From contig CAZHYL010000001.1 in NCBI GenBank assembly GCA_964536745.1, positions 76,961 through 140,960 of the forward strand: 64,000 bases of DNA, written 5' to 3'. Source of the DNA: an uncultured Candidatus Saccharibacteria bacterium (GTDB taxonomy: Bacteria > Patescibacteriota > Doudnabacteria > UBA920). A program made the position numbers and the translations under genes. Below are positions 19,572-28,403 of the stretch, piece after piece. Under the pieces are notes generated by a model. The model did not search any database. It was not told the DNA's origin and saw only the letters and a list, made by a program, of their open reading frames with translations. The number at the start of each line of letters is the position of its first letter. Position 1 is the stretch's first letter.

Positions 19572-22500
19572 ATTTTACCTCTTGCTTTGCCTAAGGAAGC
19601 GACAACGTCACCACCTAAACCTGTTAACGCACCAGCAGCATGCTTCTTTAATATTTCTGCAGCTGTGTAAGAACTCATCCTACTCTCCAGCTGTGCCAAA
19701 GCTTTTTTGTTACCTGAAAGCTTTTTAAGTTCTTCGACCTCGCCAGAAATGAATTCATTGTCACCACTTTCATTTTCGTAAAAGATTTCGTTTGGCTTCT
19801 TTTCCCAAACTTTTTTCTTTCCAGCGGTTTTAGATAACTTCTCCATCTGTTCTGAGCGGGAATTCCAATTCACCACACCCTGTGAATTAATATTTGTAGC
19901 TTTACCTAATGCCCGATTACCATTTTGCATATTTAAATTGGACAACTCGCTTGCCATTTGATTCCTGACAACAACTGGGACTCTACCAAATTTATCCGAC
20001 ATGAATTTTTTAAACCCATCGATATTATTCTTAAACCCATGCTCCGAAAGTAGATCTTTAAATCCTCCTTCTTTCGCGATTTTCTTGGCAATTGCCGAAG
20101 CTTGAGCTAGATTATTATTTTTCATGGCATTGTTAAACGCAGCTCTTAATGAGTCGACATCATCAACGCCTTCAAACTTTTTACCTTCTTCATGCTCACT
20201 CGCAAGTCTATCTGTTTGCTGTTGCTGACTTGCTGGGAATTGACGTTCTGCAACAATTTTCTCCATCCCAGCAAGTACTGTTGCTCGATCATTCGCATCC
20301 CACTTACTAACACCTAAATCAGTCCTTAAGTTATCATCCGCTGTTAGATCGCCTTGTAACTTGTCTATATCTGCTTGGATTACCTCAGCGTTAATCTCTA
20401 GAGCCTTATCCGCTTCCAGTACTGATGGCATAACCACAGCAGTAGACGGGACTGCCGTCGCCGGTAAAGCCTTAAGTATATTATCAATATTTTCTTTCGA
20501 AGTTTCGAGTGGGTTTCTTCGCGACTCATAGCCAGCCCGAATACTATCTATTTCAGTCTGTAGTTCTGTACCCCTTTGATTATTACCAGCTGCCAAAGCC
20601 TTAGCTCTTTGTTCATTCAACGGTGCTAGTTCTGTTTCTTCTGCCTTGTTTAATTCGTTAATATCCTCACCTAGACGTTTTTGATACACTTCTGCTTGTG
20701 CTTTGGTAATCTGATCACTGCCCAATCTTCGATAACTCGCGATGTCCGATAAGTCTGTCCTGCCTTGAGAAATTTTATCGCCGTTCTGAATCCTTTCATC
20801 ATCTGTTAACAGGCCTGCAAATCTATCTGACCTCCTCTGGACAGCTTTTGCACTATTACCTGTTAATTTCCAGGCTAACATTTTTGCTGCCTGTACCTTA
20901 TTTAGACCAGCCTGCTTGGCATAATCATCAAGTGGCTTTCTGGCTTTTTCTAAACGCTCCATTTGTGCTTTCTTTGGCTCAGACCACAAGCGATCCTTCA
21001 ATTTCTTACCCGTAATCATTGGTTGAGCGAGGGCAGACACACCAGCCGCCAATCGTGGATTATTCTCTTTTAGTCTATTAGATATCGAGTCTGCTGCATT
21101 ATCTTTAGCCCACATTCCAAGAGCTTTTGGACCTTTCCTAGTTGTCCAGTCCATACCCTTCTTAGCAAAGTCAACTACTTGTTTCGCGCCAGCGCCACCA
21201 AATGAAAGAGCAAACTTCATACCAATAAACAAGAACAACAAAACAATGAAATGAGAAATCACTGTTAATGCAAACTCGGTTAACTCTCCTGCGAACGTAC
21301 CTGTAGATTTAATCACATCTCCCATTCTTCCAGAGAAAGTAACTGCTACAAGAGCTGTAATATTTAAAAAGAAGGCAAGAATAGGTACTGTGAATGCATA
21401 CTTCAAAAAGTGACTCCACCACTGATTAGCATAAGTTCTTGTTTCTGGCAGGATCCTTCCAACATAAGCCAGAGGCGACAGCATATACAATACCCACAGA
21501 GCTACCAGCCGAATAAACATAAAAGCGATTAAAGCAACGAATGACCAAAACGCAGCCCCTGCAAGCACCCACAAAGCGATCGGTTTGAATAAATCACTGG
21601 CACTACCATCCACAGTAAAGGTATTCCCACTATCAGTTACACTATACTCGCCACTCCTAAAAGTTTTGATTGGATCTACCATTAACTTTTGCCCAAGAGC
21701 TTCTACAACTTTACTCTTAGCGGGTAAAAATTGAGACTGAACTGTGTCTGCGATACCAACAATACCTTGACCAATCACCAAACTAAAGTTAACTAACAAT
21801 GCCATTAACACTAAAGTGACAATAAACCCACGAGACTTTGAAGCATCTTCTTGCTGGAATAGAATTCTAAGTCCCATAACCAGCAGAGCGATAATGAAAG
21901 CAATATTGGAAATATTTCTAATAATAACCCAGCCTGGATAAATTACATTTACAAACTCGTCTCTGTATGGCTGAATTTTTAACAGTGCGTTCAATACAGG
22001 AACCAAAATGTACGCAAAAATATAGTACATTATGGACGTCATCAATAGAATTATGTACGCGATTACTTTTCGAAGAAAAGCAAATAGATTACTTGCAATT
22101 CCACCGTCTTGAAGCTCTGAACTCTTGGCCTCTGCTGTGACAGTATCCGCAAATCCATATTTCGCAAAGTTTGGATCAGAGTCACACTTACTCTTTTGAT
22201 CTTCTGGAACATCCGCCTTACAAGCTGTTTTAATCTCGTCTAGAGTACGATAAACCTCAACAGTAAACTTAGCTTCGCTATTATATAAAACATATACATT
22301 GGTATTTTGACCAATCCCTACTTTTGCAGAAAAACCTTTTATAAAAGCAACAACCTTAAACTCATTAGTAGCGATGGGTTTACCTGCTTCAGCTTTATCA
22401 TTCCTATTACGAAGCCAAGCAGAACTATTTAAGACAGGGCTAAACTGATCTGGTAAGGGTTTTTCCGTACCGTTACCGTTAGTCAAACCTTTATCTGATT

Positions 22501-23587
22501 CAAAAAATGCTTTCGAACAATCGGTACTAAAATAGGCTGGGGCGCAAGACTCTAAATTTTTAACCGGAGTATCAGCATAATTAAACCCTAAATTTGAACC
22601 CTTATATGCAGGTTCTAAATCATAATTGAACCAAGAATTATCCTTTTTTGGTAATGTAAAAGTATCGTTGACAGTCAATTGCAAAGCAGGATCTTCGGAT
22701 GTCCACTTCATGTAGATCGGATCCGGTCCATTATTCCCGCTAAAGGTCATGGAGTTATCTGAAAGCAATACTCTGTATTTTGAACGCAAACCTTTTCCCG
22801 CACTGTTTGCAGTTACAGTCATCCCAATTTTTGTATAATCAACCCCCGTCTTAGCACCGGTACCAACAGGCCCCCCTGCTGTTACGCCATCGGGTAGTGG
22901 TGGAAGTTGAGTTGGCTGGTCACCCTGTATAGCTTGATCACTATAAGAAATGCCAAGAATTCCCGGGAACTTATAGGAAGTCCAAGATTGTCCGTAATAT
23001 ACATATACAGAAGTGTTAATCAAACAAGGCTGCTTATCACAAACTGTTGAATTTGAAGTGGGAGCATTAGGGAAAAACGACTTCACTGTAGCAGGAACCC
23101 TTGCCGCATAGCCATACTCAGTGATTTTAGTCTTATCTGATGAATCTGCCACAGTATAAAACTGGGCTGGAACTTCCAGTGGTTTATCAGATTTTACAGT
23201 CCTTGTTACTACGTCACCCCTTGCTGATAAAGTCTGTATAGTTGCATAAGCGTAAATATAAAAATTATGCTTTTGTTTGTTATCTTTACAATACTTTGCA
23301 AGCTCTAATGTATAAGAGTCTTTTATATCAAAAGCAACAGCAAACTGAATATTAAACTGTTCATTCCAATTCAATTTCTTTCTGTCAGAGATAGGTCCAG
23401 TGGGAATGGATTTCCAACCGCTACTATCTAATTCACAAGAAGAAACAGCAGCATTAACCGTAGGGGTAATGGCAAAAACAGGCATAAACAAAGAAGCTAT
23501 GATAACACTTAACAGTGCTACCATGCTTCTTTTCTTCAAATTTTGAGTCAGAAATTTAAATAATTTTGATATTGGTTTCAAAGCCAC
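19568..23587 (-). CDS. Giant VirB6/TrbL-like polytopic membrane protein (1339 aa) with a signal peptide, a large N-terminal extracellular domain and a ~540-aa hydrophilic coiled-coil C-terminal extension
   Basis: Signal/TM at aa ~20-45, a ~450-aa extracytoplasmic domain, at least six TM helices between aa ~500-790 in a VirB6-like arrangement, then a charged coiled-coil tail. Confidence 0.6.
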   Translation of the reverse strand: MALKPISKLFKFLTQNLKKRSMVALLSVIIASLFMPVFAITPTVNAAVSSCELDSSGWKSIPTGPISDRKKLNWNEQFNIQFAVAFDIKDSYTLELAKYCKDNKQKHNFYIYAYATIQTLSARGDVVTRTVKSDKPLEVPAQFYTVADSSDKTKITEYGYAARVPATVKSFFPNAPTSNSTVCDKQPCLINTSVYVYYGQSWTSYKFPGILGISYSDQAIQGDQPTQLPPLPDGVTAGGPVGTGAKTGVDYTKIGMTVTANSAGKGLRSKYRVLLSDNSMTFSGNNGPDPIYMKWTSEDPALQLTVNDTFTLPKKDNSWFNYDLEPAYKGSNLGFNYADTPVKNLESCAPAYFSTDCSKAFFESDKGLTNGNGTEKPLPDQFSPVLNSSAWLRNRNDKAEAGKPIATNEFKVVAFIKGFSAKVGIGQNTNVYVLYNSEAKFTVEVYRTLDEIKTACKADVPEDQKSKCDSDPNFAKYGFADTVTAEAKSSELQDGGIASNLFAFLRKVIAYIILLMTSIMYYIFAYILVPVLNALLKIQPYRDEFVNVIYPGWVIIRNISNIAFIIALLVMGLRILFQQEDASKSRGFIVTLVLMALLVNFSLVIGQGIVGIADTVQSQFLPAKSKVVEALGQKLMVDPIKTFRSGEYSVTDSGNTFTVDGSASDLFKPIALWVLAGAAFWSFVALIAFMFIRLVALWVLYMLSPLAYVGRILPETRTYANQWWSHFLKYAFTVPILAFFLNITALVAVTFSGRMGDVIKSTGTFAGELTEFALTVISHFIVLLFLFIGMKFALSFGGAGAKQVVDFAKKGMDWTTRKGPKALGMWAKDNAADSISNRLKENNPRLAAGVSALAQPMITGKKLKDRLWSEPKKAQMERLEKARKPLDDYAKQAGLNKVQAAKMLAWKLTGNSAKAVQRRSDRFAGLLTDDERIQNGDKISQGRTDLSDIASYRRLGSDQITKAQAEVYQKRLGEDINELNKAEETELAPLNEQRAKALAAGNNQRGTELQTEIDSIRAGYESRRNPLETSKENIDNILKALPATAVPSTAVVMPSVLEADKALEINAEVIQADIDKLQGDLTADDNLRTDLGVSKWDANDRATVLAGMEKIVAERQFPASQQQQTDRLASEHEEGKKFEGVDDVDSLRAAFNNAMKNNNLAQASAIAKKIAKEGGFKDLLSEHGFKNNIDGFKKFMSDKFGRVPVVVRNQMASELSNLNMQNGNRALGKATNINSQGVVNWNSRSEQMEKLSKTAGKKKVWEKKPNEIFYENESGDNEFISGEVEELKKLSGNKKALAQLESRMSSYTAAEILKKHAAGALTGLGGDVVASLGKARGKI

Positions 23588-23659
23588 AATCGTGAAAATA
23601 ATGAGCTATTTTTCTCTCAATCTTTAAAATAATTATACCACACCGACCCAAATTTTCCC

Positions 23660-23698
23660 AAATAATTTTAAAAGGCAATCCCGTGACAGGATTGCCTT
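23660..23698 (-). terminator. Intra-operon hairpin plus U-run (attenuator/partial terminator) between the Cys-rich gene and the VirB6-like gene
   Basis: aaggcaatcc-cgtgaca-ggattgcctt is a perfect 10-bp stem. On the minus strand it is followed by TTTTAAAATTATTT. Confidence 0.45.
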
Positions 23699-23709
23699 CA
23701 AAATTCTTG

Positions 23710-24846
23710 CTATTGAGCCAGACAGTCTTGGATTCCGATAGACGAATCTAGACCGAATATACATTCTGTGATCGTACTTATGGATTCAGTGGCCTTCTGT
23801 CTACCAAGGTTTGTATAATTTTGTGCTTGTGTCTGTGTAGTATTGTACTGACTATCACACTGACTCACACTATCAGCGAATACATCTCCTTCTTGAGGTG
23901 AACTTGTTTGTGATGGAGAAATAATTGGAGGTGAAGTTGTGGCTTGCTTATTTGTGATACACCCCAAATAACTTTGTGGTTGGTATGTTGTTGAAGGATT
24001 AGTTCCTCCTCCAGTGTCTGTTCCTGGATCTAATACATCAGATAATCCCGGTACTGCAGATAAATTGTCTATCGAAACATTTAGCACCCGACCCGGCCTT
24101 CCTTGGCCATCCCATACTCCAGATAATCTAGAAACCTCTGTGAACAAATCATTGCATTCTGGATTAGATGGAGTAGAAGAACAATACTCCACACAACTCT
24201 TCGCATCACTACAACCCGCTGGTGCATTACCAGCGTAAATTAAATTATTCAAGCTGCCGATAATATTATTTTCCAAACCACTGATCGCACCGACTCCATA
24301 GTTAAACGATTTATCCTTACTTACATCTTGAGCTCCAAGAACTCTAGAACCTTGCTCTAAGCCAAGTGCCAAAACAGCACATTCTTGTTCGGAAGATTTT
24401 TGATCACACAGCTCTGCGCAACTGTTCAACCCATCACAGGTTGCAAAATAACCTGCTTGTAAATAACTAGAAAAAGTTAGGGTCTTTTTTAATTGCTCCG
24501 CTGTCATACTTCCGTTACGGAAACTAACTAGTGCGCAAATTTCTAAGTTGTTTGAATCTTCACAAAATTCAAAACAAGATTTTTGATCCATACAATTTCC
24601 AAGTTGTGCAATCGGATAAACAAAACCTCGAGGAAAAAATGGAATACTCACATTCTGCCCAAGAACATTACCTGAAGATTTAGAAAGAGTTGGTGAGCTC
24701 AACTGTTGGCTAATACGCTGGGTTAGTTCTAATTTTGTTGTCGCCGCAGTTGCAAAATTCTGTGACACTAAGAAAAGACCTAGCAGCATTACAGCTACCA
24801 GAGTATATGAATAAAGATACTTTTTAATTTGCGAATGGGTTAACAT
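23710..24846 (-). CDS. Secreted cysteine-rich protein with three tandem C-x4-C-x3-C-x7-9-C modules
   Basis: Signal peptide, then repeats CMDQKSCFEFCEDSNNLEIC / CDGLNSCAELCDQKSSEQEC / CSDAKSCVEYCSSTPSNPEC. Confidence 0.65.
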   Translation of the reverse strand: MLTHSQIKKYLYSYTLVAVMLLGLFLVSQNFATAATTKLELTQRISQQLSSPTLSKSSGNVLGQNVSIPFFPRGFVYPIAQLGNCMDQKSCFEFCEDSNNLEICALVSFRNGSMTAEQLKKTLTFSSYLQAGYFATCDGLNSCAELCDQKSSEQECAVLALGLEQGSRVLGAQDVSKDKSFNYGVGAISGLENNIIGSLNNLIYAGNAPAGCSDAKSCVEYCSSTPSNPECNDLFTEVSRLSGVWDGQGRPGRVLNVSIDNLSAVPGLSDVLDPGTDTGGGTNPSTTYQPQSYLGCITNKQATTSPPIISPSQTSSPQEGDVFADSVSQCDSQYNTTQTQAQNYTNLGRQKATESISTITECIFGLDSSIGIQDCLAQ

Positions 24847-25078
24847 AAATATCTTTTAAAGGGTTAGCTTGAGTGCTACTTTCAGACTCACCTAGCACCT
24901 CGCCAGCAGACGGTAATTCTGCAGGATTCTCTGTTGGAGCTGAGCTTAAATCGATGTTTGTTGGTTTTGGTAATTCTGCTGAAAAAATTCCACCCCTAAC
25001 AAATAAGGCATAATATACTCCAAAGACCAGTAAAACTACCCCTATTAATAAAGCTATATTTTTTAAGTTAAAAGTCAT
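24824..25078 (-). CDS. Small bitopic membrane protein (84 aa), overlapping the downstream gene by 23 nt
   Basis: N-terminal TM helix (IALLIGVVLLVFGVYYALFV) and a Pro/Glu-rich tail; tightly spaced in the operon. Confidence 0.4.
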   Translation of the reverse strand: MTFNLKNIALLIGVVLLVFGVYYALFVRGGIFSAELPKPTNIDLSSAPTENPAELPSAGEVLGESESSTQANPLKDIYVNPFAN

Positions 25079-25080
25079 TA

Positions 25081-27039
25081 CTAGAATCCTCCCCCATAGT
25101 AACCTCTCGGTGAGTTATATGGTATTACCCTAAGTGTTGTAGTCGCACCGTTTACAGCAGGGGATGGACTAGGCGCAGAATGCTGAGCAGTATTAACTGT
25201 TATATTGCTATTAGTAATTGGAATTGTTCCACTCGTTGGATTGGTCTTCTTTGGCGGTGTTTTTAAAGCTTGGCTAAATATTGTCTCTAAGAACGATTTA
25301 CCTGTTTCGGTTAACACAGAAGGGGTTTTACTTGGATTCAAAATAATTCCACCAAGTACCTTGCTCATAAGGTTTTCTGCATTCTTTGAAGCTTGTTGTG
25401 GATTGTCTTGGTTGTAACGAATTTGCTCGCCAACCATTTCTTGTGTAATTCCTTCGATGACACCCTTAGATAAACTTCCTGCATCATTAATTGAACTACA
25501 CTGCTCTGTAATACCACCATCAACTTTCGTAACGACATCTTTCATATTGTCTATCGCAGCCTTTGTTTCATTAACTGCTGGAATATATTCTGAATGAGCC
25601 ATCTCGTGCTGTGCTTCGTACTGTTTTTGAGTCTGAGAAGCTTCTAAATATTTTTTGGCTGCTTCGTATGCATCAGTAATTTTTTGCTTATCGGCTTCTT
25701 CGACTGGTTTACAAGTTCGTGTGCTTAAGAATCCTGCACCATTATTCACTTCTAATTTTGCAGATTCACGGCTAGCAGCCATTAGTTTTCCAAACTCTTC
25801 TTGGTACTGACTAAATACAATAGAAGAGTCGCACTCATTAGACATAACTCCACTTATTTTTCTGAAGACTCTTTCGTCATTCCAGTTTTCTAGCTCATAC
25901 ATCTGATAACATTTATCATAGAGCTCGGTTTCCACTAATGCCTTAGCTGTATCCAATGCTTGCTTTTTTGCGGTTTCGTCTGTAGCAAGCTCTGCGTTCA
26001 AGAATGAAGTCATAATTAGTTGCTTTTGCTTGTTCCCATCATAATTCTTTTTAATCATTGCCGGTGCATAGACTTGCTTTGCAAGCGCATCTACAATTTT
26101 TTCATAATTCTGAACAGTGAGTTTTGGTTTCACTTCATTTATTGCTTCGGTTGTCTTTTGTTCTGTAACATCTACAGCAACTGATGCCGCGATAGCTTTA
26201 AAAATATCTTGCTTAGCTTTATTTAACTGTTGTTCCAAACTTGCAACATGCCCATTGATAGCACTCATTCTTGGTTCTATTTCAGCCAAAGTATCTACAT
26301 ATGCTTCTTTTAATTGTTCGTTCCAAGCCGCAATCACTAAAGTCTGTTTTAATGTCTGCTGAACTGTCTTGTAGCAAACTTGGCGATATTTAAGAATTCC
26401 CAATTTCTTTGTGATATACAATGTTAAATTAGCTTTGGTTTGATCGCCTAATGTTAACAAACTAGTGGAAAGTTTTTCATTGTTGGTAGCTCTTGGAGCT
26501 TTGGTTGGAATTTGATTTGCCGCTTCGTGAATAATAGTTTGGTTACTTGCAACAGTCGTTGAATCCCCTGCTACATCGCTATTACCAGAGCCTCCCCCTG
26601 TATTGCCACTGCCATTATCGTACCCATCTGGAACATTATAGTTATCTGGAATTACAAGTCTATCATCTAACTCTTCAATGTTTACTCCATCCGAGCCATT
26701 GTTGCTTGTTAAATCATTAAGAGTACTAATAGCCGATAAGTCACCTCCGAGAACATCACAAGTCGACGTAGCTATTCCTAAACCTCGTCTTACTGGACCA
26801 TACTGAACAGGTAAGCCTTCAACAAATTGTTTTACAGTTTGCAATGATGCCTGCACAGTGTTCATCGCTGAATCAATTCCAAGCAACGCACCCTGAATTG
26901 CGTGACCAACAACCTGAATCCCTGCATTGAGCCAATCAAACCCCCACAACGCATCACTGTTCTTTGGTTGAAAAACTACAGTAGCGCTTAGGACTAAACA
27001 GATTGCAATAATTATTTTTTTAAATCTAAATAATTTCAT
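25081..27039 (-). CDS. Large secreted protein (652 aa), T4SS-like operon
   Basis: N-terminal signal peptide, a Gly/Asn/Ser-rich segment, 8 Cys, coiled-coil-prone alpha regions. Confidence 0.6.
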   Translation of the reverse strand: MKLFRFKKIIIAICLVLSATVVFQPKNSDALWGFDWLNAGIQVVGHAIQGALLGIDSAMNTVQASLQTVKQFVEGLPVQYGPVRRGLGIATSTCDVLGGDLSAISTLNDLTSNNGSDGVNIEELDDRLVIPDNYNVPDGYDNGSGNTGGGSGNSDVAGDSTTVASNQTIIHEAANQIPTKAPRATNNEKLSTSLLTLGDQTKANLTLYITKKLGILKYRQVCYKTVQQTLKQTLVIAAWNEQLKEAYVDTLAEIEPRMSAINGHVASLEQQLNKAKQDIFKAIAASVAVDVTEQKTTEAINEVKPKLTVQNYEKIVDALAKQVYAPAMIKKNYDGNKQKQLIMTSFLNAELATDETAKKQALDTAKALVETELYDKCYQMYELENWNDERVFRKISGVMSNECDSSIVFSQYQEEFGKLMAASRESAKLEVNNGAGFLSTRTCKPVEEADKQKITDAYEAAKKYLEASQTQKQYEAQHEMAHSEYIPAVNETKAAIDNMKDVVTKVDGGITEQCSSINDAGSLSKGVIEGITQEMVGEQIRYNQDNPQQASKNAENLMSKVLGGIILNPSKTPSVLTETGKSFLETIFSQALKTPPKKTNPTSGTIPITNSNITVNTAQHSAPSPSPAVNGATTTLRVIPYNSPRGYYGGGF

Positions 27040-27773
27040 AAGTCGTAATTATACTTACGAATCAAATCCATACGTTCCGATTCCATTGCATTTGTAATTT
27101 CAAAAAATAAAACTCCAGCCGCTGCGCGGTCCTTAGAGCTTTGATTATGAGCGATGGTATCCAGCATGTTTAAAACTACACCGTACTGCATCAATTTTAA
27201 TCTGTGAAATCGAACAAGAGGTTTTGGAACAGCAAGTGTTTTTAATTCACTAACAATTCTTTCGGCAACTGGAATAGCTTCAGCTGCTGCAGTAGAATCT
27301 TTGGTGCTTAACACACTCAGAACAATTACCGATCCATAGTAGTCTTCAATCAAAGTGGATTGATCTACATATGACTCGATTGAAAACTCATCTACATCTA
27401 CTGCGTTAACAGGAATAGTTTGTAAATTGTCGTCGCTTAAAATATGGCTTATACTTTGTTCAGCCTCTGTAGATAAACCTAGAACCGAACCCTCTGAAAA
27501 GGCAGGATCGATTAAAGCAGATAGATTATTTTTTTCTTCAACTAAATTATCAATTCCAGTGGAAGAGACTGGTGGTAAGTTTACCTCATCTATCGATTTC
27601 ACTTCTGTTGTATCGTTCGCTTGAAGAAACTTAAGTCCGGTTAAGTTACCAAGTAATAAAGGTTCCCTTGCAAAAGTAAGTCCAATTGTGACGATAACAA
27701 AAAATCCAATAAGTCCATAATGACCTAAAGTAAATCCGAGCGATTCAAACTTCCCAAATAGTTTTTGTTTCAT
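27036..27773 (-). CDS. Bitopic membrane protein, first gene of the T4SS-like operon (VirB8-like by size and topology only)
   Basis: 245 aa with a single TM at aa ~20-42 and an extracytoplasmic domain; ATGA overlap with the next gene. Confidence 0.5.
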   Translation of the reverse strand: MKQKLFGKFESLGFTLGHYGLIGFFVIVTIGLTFAREPLLLGNLTGLKFLQANDTTEVKSIDEVNLPPVSSTGIDNLVEEKNNLSALIDPAFSEGSVLGLSTEAEQSISHILSDDNLQTIPVNAVDVDEFSIESYVDQSTLIEDYYGSVIVLSVLSTKDSTAAAEAIPVAERIVSELKTLAVPKPLVRFHRLKLMQYGVVLNMLDTIAHNQSSKDRAAAGVLFFEITNAMESERMDLIRKYNYDL

Positions 27774-27795
27774 TTTCTAGATCTGCTATCATCGC

Positions 27796-27830
27796 AAATC
27801 TTCCTAAAACATAATGTTTGAGGAAGATTT
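27796..27830. promoter_or_regulatory. 35-bp near-perfect palindrome immediately upstream of the T4SS-like operon
   Basis: aaatcttcctaaaacataatgtttgaggaagattt: the 9-nt arms aatcttcct/aggaagatt are perfect reverse complements and the core acataatgt is near-palindromic. Confidence 0.4.
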
Positions 27831-27911
27831 TAGAAAAAATTAAATTGTTTTTTGATTTTTGTTTCGAAAACTCTTAACTTGTACTATAATTATAGCAGAA
27901 ATTAAGAAAAT

Positions 27912-28370
27912 TTGCAAGTCATGAAACGTTCATTCATTGCCATTCTAATTTTAGTTCCCCTACTGCTTTTTGTTAGCTGTGTTTCGTTAAAAAACAGTGG
28001 CAATTACGATCATACTATTTCAGTAGATGGTAAAAACTTATTAGTTGAAATTGTAAACACCGACGATAGCAGGAGCAAAGGACTATCTGGGAGATCTAGT
28101 CTCACAGAAGAACAAGGCATGTTGTTTGATTTCACAAATTCTGAATTCCGTAGGCCAGGGTTTTGGATGAAAGATATGAAATTTGACATAGACATCATTT
28201 GGATTAACAATAATGAAATTGTTGGCATCACAGATAATGTTCCCGCAACCTATAACAATGTTAACCTACCGTCGTACTACCCACCATCGGACATAACTCA
28301 TGTACTGGAAGTAAATTCTGGTTGGGCAGAAAGAAACAATGTGAATGTTGGTGACAAAGTTAACTTCTGA
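27912..28370 (+). CDS. DUF192 (COG1430) family secreted protein
   Basis: Signal peptide; GLSGR..L....GMLFDF......FWMKDM...DIIWI pattern typical of DUF192. Confidence 0.7.
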   Translation: MQVMKRSFIAILILVPLLLFVSCVSLKNSGNYDHTISVDGKNLLVEIVNTDDSRSKGLSGRSSLTEEQGMLFDFTNSEFRRPGFWMKDMKFDIDIIWINNNEIVGITDNVPATYNNVNLPSYYPPSDITHVLEVNSGWAERNNVNVGDKVNF

Positions 28371-28403
28371 ATAAAAGAGAGTCTAACCAAGACTCTCTTT
28401 AAA

